64,000 bases of DNA. It comes from Phaeosaccion multiseriatum. Its lineage: Eukaryota; Protista; Ochrophyta, other classes. The position numbers and the translations under genes are program-made. Below the pieces are notes generated by a model that was not told the origin of the DNA, did no database searches, and worked only from the letters and a program-made list of their open reading frames with translations. Positions 49,401 through 60,652 of the stretch are shown here, in pieces (within the stretch, counting starts at the first letter, position 1; each line of letters opens with the position of its first letter). The stretch lies in the NCBI GenBank assembly GCA_965112735.1, contig OZ218956.1, positions 310,001 to 374,000 on the forward strand. The letters run 5' to 3'.

Positions 49401-51086
49401 CAAATGCCTCAGTTGCGGAGCTTGTTCCGAGAGCCCCACTTGTCTGGGGCAGCACACGCCTTCGTCTCCACGCTGAGGTGCTGCCCCACCAGTCAGCAGG
49501 GTGAGTGAGTGAGTGAGTGAATGAGTGAGTGAGTGCGTGAGTGAGTGCGTGAGTGAGTGCGTGCTTGAGTGAGTGCGTGAGTGAGTGCGTGAGTGAGTGC
49601 GTGAGTGAGAGTGAGCGCGCACTTCAAAGGCCTTTCGAGCCTTTTATACGGTGACAGAACTGAAACTGGCGAGAGGAGCCTTGCGGTGCCATCGTCAGAA
49701 AGTATAGTGGTCGTCGCCGCCATCTTGACGAGCAACCAGTACCCGTACAACCAACACCCGTACAGACTGCACGCCTAGAAGCGGATTGCTTCGCTTCCTT
49801 GTAGTGCTGCCCTCCCAGTACGGCGGAGTGCGCTCTTTCACCATTTACTTACCGAAGAAGACGCACTCACGTGTGTGTATGTGTGTGTGTGTGCGTGTGT
49901 GTGTGTGTGCCCTCTCAGCGGAGCGTGTGCAGGAAGCGGTGACTGTACTCGAGCTCATGGGGAAGGAAGCCGACAGACTGGCAGAGGCCGAGCCAGAGGT
50001 GAGGGAGGGGAGGGAGGGGAGGGAGGGGAGGGAGGTGAGGGAGGGGAGGGAGGGGAGGAAGGGATAGGAGGGAGGGGAGTACCGCTCAACATATACACTG
50101 CTGTCCAGCCCCCCCCCCCCCCCCGCCTTTACCTCAGACCCTTTGCATGCCTCCCTCCCTCCCTCGCTCCCTCCCTCGCTCCCTCCCTCGCTCCCTCCCT
50201 CCCTCCCTCCCTCCCTCCCTCCCTCCCTCCCTCCCTCCCTCCATCCATCCCTCCCTCCCTCCCTCCCTCCCTCCCTCCCTCCCTCCCTCCCTCCCTCCCT
50301 CCCTCCCTCCGTCCCTCCCTCTCTCCCTCCCTCCCTCCCACCTCGTCCCTCTCTCTTTCGCTCCATTCCTCCCTTCCTCCCTCCCTCCCTTCCTCCCTTT
50401 TTCCCTCGCTCCCTTCCTCCCTCCCTTCCTCCCTTCCTCTCTCGCTCCCTCCCTTCCTCTCTCGCTCCCTCCCTCCCTCTCTCCCTCCCTCCCTCCCTCC
50501 CTCCCTCCCTCCCTCCCCACAACAGAAGGGCAAGGAGCCCACCCCGGCGGAGGAGCGAGAGGCAGCACGCACCAGAGCCGCCGATCGCGCCTCCCTCGCG
50601 GCGCTGAGGGTTCTCGGTCAAGCTCTGTGTGCAGATGAGCAGGAGCGAAGAGAGGCCACGAGCCGTTTCAGAACCGCGAGGGAGCGGTGGCTAGGGCAGT
50701 CGGGATTCCGCCTGTCCGCCAAGGGGAAATCCGAGGTGAATGAGGCATGGACACATGATGATGATGCAGTCATGATAGTCGGCATCTGCGGCATCTGATG
50801 GTGATTCGTGTTCGATACTCGAGTATCGATGATCGATATTTGATTGTCGATGTTCGATGTTTGGCCCCAGTACGTGTACCTAAGCCCTGACCTTTCGTGA
50901 CGTGTGCTCCTTCCCTCCTCCCCTCCCCCCGCTGCCCCTCTGCTGCCCCTCTGCTGCTGCTTCTGTTCCCCTCCCATCTCCCCTCCTCTCCCAGGGCGCG
51001 CTGTTGTATCTGCTCAACGTGTCTCGCGAGGCCGCGTCGAACGGGCTCGTGCGCATTGAGCTCAAGGAGGGCTTGGCCTCGGTACG

Positions 51087-51118
<32 letters not shown>

Positions 51119-52955
51119 TGAGGGGGTTGTGGTGATTCTCAGTAGTGCGCACGCGCGTATCTTTTCTCCGTGTGCATGTATCTACTCCACTCCAGCCCCA
51201 CCCCCCCTCCCCCCCATCCACTGCCATCCACTGTCACCCACTGCCATCCTAGGTGATTGGCCAGACGTACTCCTCCGCGTGCTCCAGCCCAGGCCGCCTC
51301 CTCGCCCCCCACGGCTCTGCGCTGGTGCGACCCTTCCACTGCCATCTCAGCCCCACTTCATCCGGCAAGTCCGCTGAGCTTCGTTTGGAGGGGCTGGAAG
51401 ACGGCGGATTCGATTGCGACTGGCGCTGTTCCTTTGTGAGCATCAACGGTAGTCCTATTGTGTCGCCTCCTCCATCTCAGTCCGGAGGGGGGCGGGGACG
51501 GGAGAGGGCATCCACGGGGCCGTGCTACGTGCAAGCGGGAGACTGCGTGTGGGTGGGCGGGGAGCTCTACGTGCTCTACATCTGTAGCAAGAGGTGTGTG
51601 TGTGTGTGTGTGTGGGTGCGTGTGCGTGGTGCTTTTGTGTGTGCGCGAGAGAGGGAGGGAGCTAGAGTGGGTGGGTGGTGTGTGTGTGGGTGGGTGGTGT
51701 GTGGGTGGGTGGGTGGGGAGGGACGCCAGGCAGAGCACCACTGCTGCCACCCACCCCACTGTTTAACTTGCTGTATCTGTGACCCTGTCTGCTTGACACA
51801 CCTCGAAACGCCTGAAACGCCTGAAACGCCTGAAACGCCTGAAACGTATGGCTGGCTGTGGCTGGGGTGAGCAGGGAGAGGCTCGGTAAGGCCCTGACGG
51901 AGGTCCTTCCCCCTCAACGCGGGGAGGAGCCACTGGAGCCACCGGAGCGATTGCCTGGCGGTGGACCGAGGGGAGAGGAGGGAGGAGGAGGAGGAGGAGG
52001 AGGAGGAGGAGGAGGAGGAGGAGGAGGAGGAGGAGGAGGAGGAGGAGGAGGAGGAGGAGGAGGAGCAGGAGGAGAGAAGACACAAGCCGATACGGAGCAG
52101 CAACCAAGAGCAAGTCTGTGCGGCAGGGGCAAGTTTAGCAAGGGCGTATGGCATCGCTGCCTCCGGGCGGTGTTTCAGTCTGCGCCGGAGCTGCTGCTGC
52201 AGAGCGGCTCCGTGTCTCTGGGTAAGGGGGGAGGTGGTAGTACGTGGTGGTGTGCTGTGTGAGCAGTTTCGGGGCGGGCGCTGTGCAGTTTCGGGGACGG
52301 AAGGGCGGCAGTGGGTGCTGAGAGATTCTCGGACTCCCCGACCTGTGGGTGGAGAGAGAGATATATAGGCTGTGTGCGTGTGTGGAGGGGCAAACTTAAA
52401 CTCAAACTCAAACTCAAACTCACCTCACGTATCCACTTCCCTCGCGCTGCTGGCCTTCTCTTCTCCTCCGCCCCCCCCCCCCCCCCGCCCCCCCTTCTCT
52501 CCTCTCTCTCTCTCTCCGATGGACATCAGTGGAGTGGACTGAGTCGGAGATCACTGTGGGTCGGGCTTCGGTGGAGGGTTGCTTGGCGGATGGGGCGATG
52601 GACGACAATAGTTCCGTGGGCAGTCTACTCGGTACGCGAAGCAGAGAGTGAAGGATACATTGATGGATGGATGGATAGATAGATAGATAGACAGATAGAC
52701 AGATAGTTAGACAGATAGATAGACAGATGGATAGATAGATAGATAGATAGATTGGTAGATAGATAGATAGACAGATAGATAGATAGACTGATACATAGAT
52801 CGATGGGTAGGTAGGTAGGTAGGTAGATAGAGGTAGATAGATATATAGATAGATAGATACAAGGATACATAGATACGTAGATACGTAGATACGTAGATAC
52901 ATAGATACAGGGAGATAGATGGATAGATAGACAGATAGATAGATAGATAGATAGG

Positions 52956-53008
<53 letters not shown>

Positions 53009-53157
53009 CGATAGATGGATCGATAGATAGATAAATAGATAGGCAGATAGATAGATAGATAGATAGATGGATAGATAGATGAATGGATGGATAGACTGAT
53101 ACATAGATACAGGGAGATAGATGGATAGATAGACAGATAGATAGATAGATAGATAGG

Positions 53158-53198
<41 letters not shown>

Positions 53199-53229
53199 GA
53201 ATGGATGGATAGATGGATAGATGGATAGG

Positions 53230-53266
<37 letters not shown>

Positions 53267-53307
53267 GGATCGATAGATAGATAAACAGATAGATAGATCG
53301 ATAGATC

Positions 53308-53357
<50 letters not shown>

Positions 53358-54278
53358 CATAGATGGAGAGGTAGATAGAGAAATGGGTCGGGAGATCGAT
53401 AGATAGACATAGATGGATAGGGAGATAGATAGTTCGATGGAGGAGACACTGACCTACCTATCTGTACTGCTTGTCTGTCTGTCTGTCTATCTGTCTGTCT
53501 GCTTGCCTGCCTGTCTGCCTGCTCCTGCCCACCTGCCTTGCTCGCAATCACACCAGGGCCCGAGGATAAGGTGGGGGAAGAGGGAGGCGGAACACACGCC
53601 AACAAAGACGAGGACCCGGAGACCCTCCGCCGCCGTCGGATGGCACGCCTTGTGACGGGCCTGTGGGATAGAGCGGCGGGGGAGGGAGGGGGGGGGGGGG
53701 GGGAGGCGGTGGGGTCGACGTGCTGCTGCTCCTGCGCCTCGTCATGGAGGCCAACGCACTGGCGACGGCGGTGGGCAAGATGACCAACGTGCGAGGGAGG
53801 GAGAGACGGAGGGAGAGACGGAGGGAGGGAGGGAGGGAGGGAGGGAGGGAGGGAGGGAGGGAGGGAGGGAGGGAGGGAGGGAGGGAGGGAGGGAGGGAGG
53901 GAGGGAGGGAGGGAGGGAGGGAGGGAGGGAGGGAGGGAGGGAGGGAGGGAGGGAGGGAGGGAGGGAGGGAGGGAGGGAGGGAGGGAGGGAGGGAGGGAGG
54001 GAGGGAGGGAGGGAGGGAGGGAGGGAGGGAGGGAGGGAGGGAGGGAGGGAGGGAGGGAGGGAGGGGAGAGGAGCTGGGGTTGGGGGTGGGGGGCGAGATT
54101 CTTGCGTAAGTGTGTGTACGTGCGTGGGCGTGTGTGGGCGTGTCGGCGTGTGCGTGTGCAACAAACCAGTGTTCCTCACACCTTCTCTCTCTCCCCCACT
54201 CTCTCTCGCTCTCTCTCCCTCGACCTCCCTCCCCCTCCCCCTCTCTCCCTCTCCCTCTCCCCCCCCCCCTCCCTCTCC

Positions 54279-54329
<51 letters not shown>

Positions 54330-56924
54330 TCCCCCCCCCCCCCTCGCTCTCCGTCTCTCTCTCTCTCTCTCTCGGCGTCTCTCTCCACCCTCTCTCTTCG
54401 CTCAGTTCTCTATGGTCATCATCGCTCGCCCGTCCGGCGAGAGCACCGCTGCCGGAGGGGGGATGGCAGTGGATGAAGGAGGGTCTCCGTGTCTGGATGG
54501 CCATGAGGAGGTGCTGGTGCAGGTAAGAGCTGGCCACAGAAGCATTGCATTCCATGTTCGATATTGCATATCGAGCTCTACATTCTACAACTGCAAATGA
54601 ACCAACCAACCAACCAGCCAATCAATCAATCAATCAATCAATCAGTCATTGGCTTATGAATGAATAAGCCAATGACAGGTGCTGAAACTGAAACTGAAAG
54701 TAAGACTGAAACTCATAGGTGCTGGTGACGAACCTCAAAGCTCCTCTGGAGCCCCCTGTGGCGTGGCCCCCGGGCAAGTTCTTCTCAAGAATGGCCCTCA
54801 TGCAAGAGGCGGCGGTGAGTCATAAAGGAAGACATACGTGCGTGTGTGCGTGCGTATGTGTGTTGTGTGTGTGTGTGCGTGCGTGTCTCTGTGTCTCTCT
54901 CTGTGTGTGTGGGTGTGTGGGTGAGTGCGTATCTTTGTGTATGTGTGTGTATCTGTCTGTTTATGTGTGTGTATGTGTCTTTGTGTCTGTGCCTCCCTGT
55001 GTCTCTGCGTCTCTGTGTGTGTGCGTGTGTGCATGCATGTGTGTGTGCGTGTGTGCGCGTGCGTGCGTGTATGGTATGTGTGGCCTTACGTAAGCACCAC
55101 CCCCCACCACACGCTTCTCTCCACCCAGTGCCTTGTCCACAACACTCACTTCCCTCCCCCCTCTCTTCCCCTCCCCCCTCCCAGGCTCAATTCCTCATTG
55201 CGAAGCAACAGCAAAGCGCCCCCGGAGCCCCTCGTCTGCGCGCCCCCGAGCCTTTCGAAACGGTGTGTATCACCAACGTGTGTGTGTGTGTGTGTGTGTG
55301 CGTGTGTGTGTGTGTGTGTGTGTTTGTGTGTATGTGTGTGTGTGTTTGTGTGTGTGTTTATGTGTGTGTGTGTATGTGTGTGTGTGTGTGTGTGTGATTG
55401 TGTGTGTGTTTGTGTGTGTGTATGTGTGTGTGTTTGTGTGTGTGTGTGTGTCCCCTCTCCCCGAGCTGACTAAACCCACTAGAGCACTACCTTATTCAGC
55501 CAAGAGCAAACTTCAAGAGAGAGAAAGGGGGTGGTTGTAGTTTGCGCGAAACCGTCAGGGGGGCGGTGCCGGGTGCGCAAAGAGTCTTCCTCCTCTCTGA
55601 CTTCATCACACCTCACCCAATGTCTTGACACGCTGAGCTTTCGGCCCCGCCCGAGGAGATTGACGATGAACAGTAAGCCAGCCAGGCTCAATCACTTGCT
55701 ACACTTATTTACTCACTGACGACTACTGTACTGATTTCTTGACTTAGAGACTCATTGACTTACTGACTGAAACACAACAGGTGTTCCCCGCTCACTTGGA
55801 TCCCTTCTACGACCCTCCGGAGCACGAGCTCATCGGCATCACTTCGTGTGTTTTGGAGCCACTCTGCTACCTCCTTGACATACAGGAGAGCCTGCCGCTA
55901 GTGAGCTTCAAGGTTAGAGGGGGGGGGAGGGGAGGGGGAGGCGGGGAGGAGGTGGAGAGGAGGAGGAGGAGGAGGAGGAGGAGGAGGAGGAGGAGGAGGA
56001 GGAGGAGGAGGAGGAGGAGGAGGAGGAGGTGGAGGAGGAGGTGGAGGAGGAGGAGGAGGAGGAGGAGGAAGGGAGGAGGGGTGTGCGGTGTGTCCGCTGT
56101 AAGCGCCACAGTAGCCGTCCATACACCCCCAAATACGTGTCAATACTCCTCTACCGGTACACCCATACTCCTCTAACCAGTACACCCATACTCCTGAATT
56201 ATGTTAGGGCCTCAGCATCGGGGAGGTGGACTTTGGCTGTGTGCCCTCCCTGCCCTCCGAGGAGAAGACCCTCCCGGAGGATGAGTTGCTCTTCCTTCCC
56301 AAAGAGGTAAGTCGATGTATTGATGGATGGGTGGCTGTAGTACGTCAATGGGTGGGCGGGTGTAGTATGCCAATGGGTGGGTGGGTTGTAAAAGGATGGC
56401 CCAAAGAGGAGGTGAGGTGTGTAGGAGTCGAGCAAATCTTTGACGACGAAACTTAAAGTTAAACTAAGCCCCTGTCTCGACTTCTTCCTTCCTTCCCACT
56501 ATACGTGTGTGCGTGCGTGTACTACACGTGTGTGGGCGCGTGTTGTGTGTGTGTGTGTTCGTGCATGATGTGTGTGTGCGCACATGTGCCTGCGTGCGTG
56601 TATGTGCGTGTGCGTGTGTGTTGACTTAGGTGCACGTCAAGACCCTTCTCGGAGAGATGCTCCATTTGCAGTTCCACGTGGGTGCGCTGAGAGGGCTCCC
56701 TCCCGAGCTGTGCACCAATTGCTATGTGCAGTTCACATTCTTCGCCAACGACAGGTTGGAGGGAGGGAGGGAGGGAGGGAGGGAGGGAGGGAGGGAGGGA
56801 GGGAGGGAGGGAGGGAGGTCTGCCCATTTACCTGTACGGTATGCTTCTACAATTGATCCTTACGTACTTGTCCATACGCAATGCACTTTATCCCATCTGC
56901 CTCATGTCTGCCACACGCACACAC

Positions 56925-56971
<47 letters not shown>

Positions 56972-59426
56972 CACACACACGCACACACACGCACACACAC
57001 GCACATACACAGGCCCACCCTCACACACCGCACGGGCCGGAGCGACGCGAATCCCGTGTTGGATTTCCGCACCGCCATGGACTTCCGCATCTCGCCGGAG
57101 CTCATCACCTTCCTGGGCAGGTACGCACGCACCCACGCATGCACACACGCACCCACGGGACCGCTGTACGGCGTTCCTCCTCTCTTCCTTCCTCCGGCCT
57201 CCGTCATTGATGGCTTGGACGTTACGGTTCGCATTCACTCAATCCGATGGGTGAATGGATGGCAATGGACGGACGGATGGATGGATGGATGGATGGGTGG
57301 ATGGATGGATGGCAACGGATGGATGGATGGATGGATGGATGGATGGATGGATGGATGGATGGATGGATGTATTGATTGACAGCAATGGACGTATGGACGG
57401 ATGGATGGATGGCAATGGATGGATGGATGGATGGATGGATGGATGGATGGATGGGTTGACAGCAATGGACGTACGGATGGATGGATGGATTGCAATGGAT
57501 GGATGGCAATGGATGGATGGATGGATGGGTCGATGGCAATGGATGGATGGATGGACGGATGGGGAGATACGATTAGACTGTCTTGGCCTGTCACCGCCTC
57601 CTTTCTGACCCTTCCCCTCTGCCCTCTGCCCCTGTCCCATATGACTGCCCCTGCCCATATGACTGCCCCTGCCCACATGACTGCCCCTGCCCATATGACT
57701 GCCCCTGCCGATATGACTGCCCCTGCCCCTGCCCCAAGCAATGCGCTGGAGGTGGAGGTTTGGGGCGCGAGGCTGAGCAGGCTCGAGGCCGAGAGAAAGG
57801 ACCTTGACGACAAGGGCCTCACACGTAAGTACTTACGTAACAGGATGGCTTGCTATGTGCCTCCTTTGTCTCTTTCTCTCTCCCTCTCCGTCTCTGTCTT
57901 CTTCTTCTCTCTCTCTCTCCTCCTCCTCTTCCTCCTCCTCACGTAACATGCTTCCGTAATTCTTCTGTGGGCTATCGTCTTCGCTGCTCAGTCAAGACCC
58001 CCTACCCCTACCCTAAACACTTACTGACTTACTGACTTACTGACTTACTCGCTTACTGACTTACTCGCTTACTGACTTACTGACTTACTGGCTTACTGAC
58101 TTGCTGACTTACTGACTTACTGACTGGTATGTCCGCCAGCTGTTGTGGGTCTGTGTCAATGCGCACGACCCGACTACTCACGCGCCTCCTCAGCGCCCCC
58201 CCACCTTCCTACCTCCCTACCTTCCTCCCTACCTCCCCACCTCCCTCCCTCCCACCACCCTTACACCCCAACTGCCGTTAGTCGGCGTGGGAAAGGGCTT
58301 CGGAAGCCCTCTGGAGACTTCGGCCACCAAGCCCCTCCCCAAGCTTAAGCGCGTCCTCCTCTTCGACGAAACTCAAACTCAAACTGCTGCTGAAGGAGGT
58401 GAAGGGGCTGAAGATGGGGTTGGAGACGAGGCTAGAGATGGCATTCAGGGCTCTCCGTCCAAGGAGGGCCGAATGACCACAGTGCTGGCTCCAGCCGAGG
58501 ACGAGGACGAAGAGGAGGAGCATCATACTGGCGACGATCTGGATGGCGAGGACGAGCATGACGAGGGAGGTGGGGGGCATGAAGGTAGGGGGCCCTCTCG
58601 AGAGGAGTTGCTGAGCGAGCTCAAACAGGCCAAGCAGGACCACAGGATCAAGGTCAGGATCATTTGGGGGGGGTGAGGGAGGGAGGGCCGGGGCATGGTG
58701 TCAGGACCAGGGGCAGGGTCATATGGGTGCAGCTTCACACATGTTGCCGTTGGTGATTGGTGGCTTGTCTTTGTTGTTGACTTGCGGTTATCTTCAAGCC
58801 CCTGCCCTTCCTCTGCATGGCTCCGACCAACCGGTGGTTGTTGGGTTCACAAACCCTCCCTCCCTTCCATACCAAGACCAACCCTGGGCTAACATTACGT
58901 AACAAGACCAACCCTTGGCTAACGTTATGTCCCATGGCGTTCCAACCGACAGGCCGAGATCGCTGACAGGGCCATCGCCAAGCTCCGCGAGAAGCTCGAC
59001 GAGGTGAAGGCTCTCTCTCCTTCCTTCCCTCTCTCTTTGTGTGTGTCTCTCTCCTCCTGCTCCCCCCCTTCCCACTCTCTCTCTCTATCTGTGTGTGTGT
59101 GTCTTTGTCTCTGCCTCTCTCTCCCCTCCCTCTCCCTAGGGACAGACACCATCATGTTATCACCTTATCCGTTCACTTTCACCGTTTCATCATATTTGCG
59201 TCCAGAAGCCTCCACTATAACATCCTCACCGCGCTTGCCCTCCCTATGTGCGCACACCAACCCCTCCCCCCCTCAGAGCGAGGCCAAGGTCTTGAGGCAA
59301 CAAGAGCTCGAAACCGCTCTTGCAAAGATGGAGGCGGACAAACGCCTTCACGCCACCGCAGCCGCGCTGGCCAACGCTAACGCTTCCAAGCAGACGGCCA
59401 AGAGCCAAACATGCCTCCTCTCTTAA
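45310..59426 (+). CDS. Divergent kinesin-3 (KIF28/KIF1-like) protein: degenerate motor, FHA-like, stalk, C2-like, coiled coil, CaaX
   Basis: More than 20 GT-AG exons: VWVRVR, P-loop [83 protein letters not shown], terminal CLLS*. Confidence 0.8.
47346..47675. repeat. Intronic (TGAG)n/(TGAC) microsatellite
   Basis: Directly visible; a similar tract lies at 49501-49615. Confidence 0.9.
52662..53430. repeat. Intronic (GATA)n microsatellite, about 750 bp
   Basis: Directly visible. Confidence 0.95.
53820..54063. repeat. Intronic (GGGA)n microsatellite
   Basis: Directly visible; related tracts at 11550-11686, 50150-50515 (CCCT) and 56758-56817. Confidence 0.95.
57255..57560. repeat. Intronic (GGAT)n microsatellite followed by an 18-bp repeat (CATATGACTGCCCCTGCC) at 57638-57730
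   Basis: Directly visible. Confidence 0.9.
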
Positions 59427-59474
59427 TTCATTAATAGAGCTGCACAGTGTGTGACTAGGTTGGTCAAGCTCTGT

Positions 59475-60277
59475 TCAAGCCACTCGAACGGACAGCAAGC
59501 GCCGCAGCTGCTCTAGCGCCGGTTGAACCCTCAGTACTCTGCGCTTCCATGACTCATCCGACGCCTCCGACCCCCCGCCGCCGTGCTTCCTCTTCTTGCG
59601 CTTCTTGTCTCTGCCTCTGTCTCGGTCGCGGTCGTCGTCCTTCTTCTTCTTGCTCTTGTCTTTTTTCTTCTTGCTGCTGCTTTTTCGGTCTCTCTTTCGG
59701 TCCTTCTTGCTGCCCTCCCCGCGCGAGTCTCTCTGCTTCTTGTGCTTCTTATCCTTATCCTCCACGGTACCCTCTCCCTCTTGCCCGCTCTTTTTCCCTC
59801 CATCCCTTCTCCTCTTGCGTGGTGCCGATGCACCTCCTAGCGACATGCCTTTTACTACCATCTTCTCATGCTTAGCTTCTGGCTGCCTCTGCACAGTGTG
59901 ATGCTGGTAGCCCCTCCCCACCGTGGTGTTGAAGAACTGGGAAGTGTCCACGATGGCGCTCTCCCCTCCATCTGCTCCATACGGCACGATCATGACAGAA
60001 TCAGAGGGGGCAGAGGGGAGCGTGCAAGGCCAAAGTAACACCCTACTATGCTCTGGACTTACTCCTGGATAGCTCAGCGTCCCGATCCCTCTCCTCTCGC
60101 ATTATTCGCATGGCATCCGCAGCAGCGGCAGGGGCACGTGGGCCTGTGTGCAACAGAAGGCAAGGTAAACCTTGGATAAAAAAGCATTGGAGAGGGGACA
60201 TCGCACTCACCGCGGCCGAGAATGAGTTGCCTCTCATCCTCGCTGTCACTCTCCCGCTCCATCTCGCTGAGCTCCAT
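59475..60277 (-). CDS. Lys/Arg/Asp-rich hypothetical protein, 3 exons, possibly nuclear
   Basis: MELSEMERESDSEDERQLILGR / PRAPAAAADAMRIMREERDRDAELSR / GGESAIVDTSQFFNTTVGRGYQHHTVQRQ...KKKKDKSKKKK, with GT-AG boundaries. Confidence 0.65.
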
Positions 60278-60652
60278 CTTCTATGTTAGATTTGGACCAA
60301 GCCGATCCGATCAAAGAGGAGATCATCAGTCATCGAAGAGAAAGTAAAGTAGTAAGTCAAGGAATCAAATGGGCCTCAGCCCTCGCAGCCCTCTCCTAAT
60401 AATAACGTTTATTGTGGGTCGAAGGGAGAAATACCCTGGGACAGCGTCTACTTCAGCCGCACATGATGTTGCATGACGCTTGTCGAGCTGCATGAGCAGA
60501 GAGCGACGAGAGAGAAGGCGCGGATTCGGCATTTTAAAACATCTCCTCTCAGAAGCGGCGATGGCCCTGTCAGTGCTGCTGCTCACCACATGAGAGTGAT
60601 CCACACCACGGAAGAAGCCCTGATCTCAGACGTGTGAACAGCGGCAGTAGGC

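Noticed and set aside
52420-53605. Long SIYL-repeat ORFs, and similar PPSL, GREG, THSL, CVCV and WMDG ORFs elsewhere
   Set aside because: They are translations of tetra- and dinucleotide microsatellites within introns.
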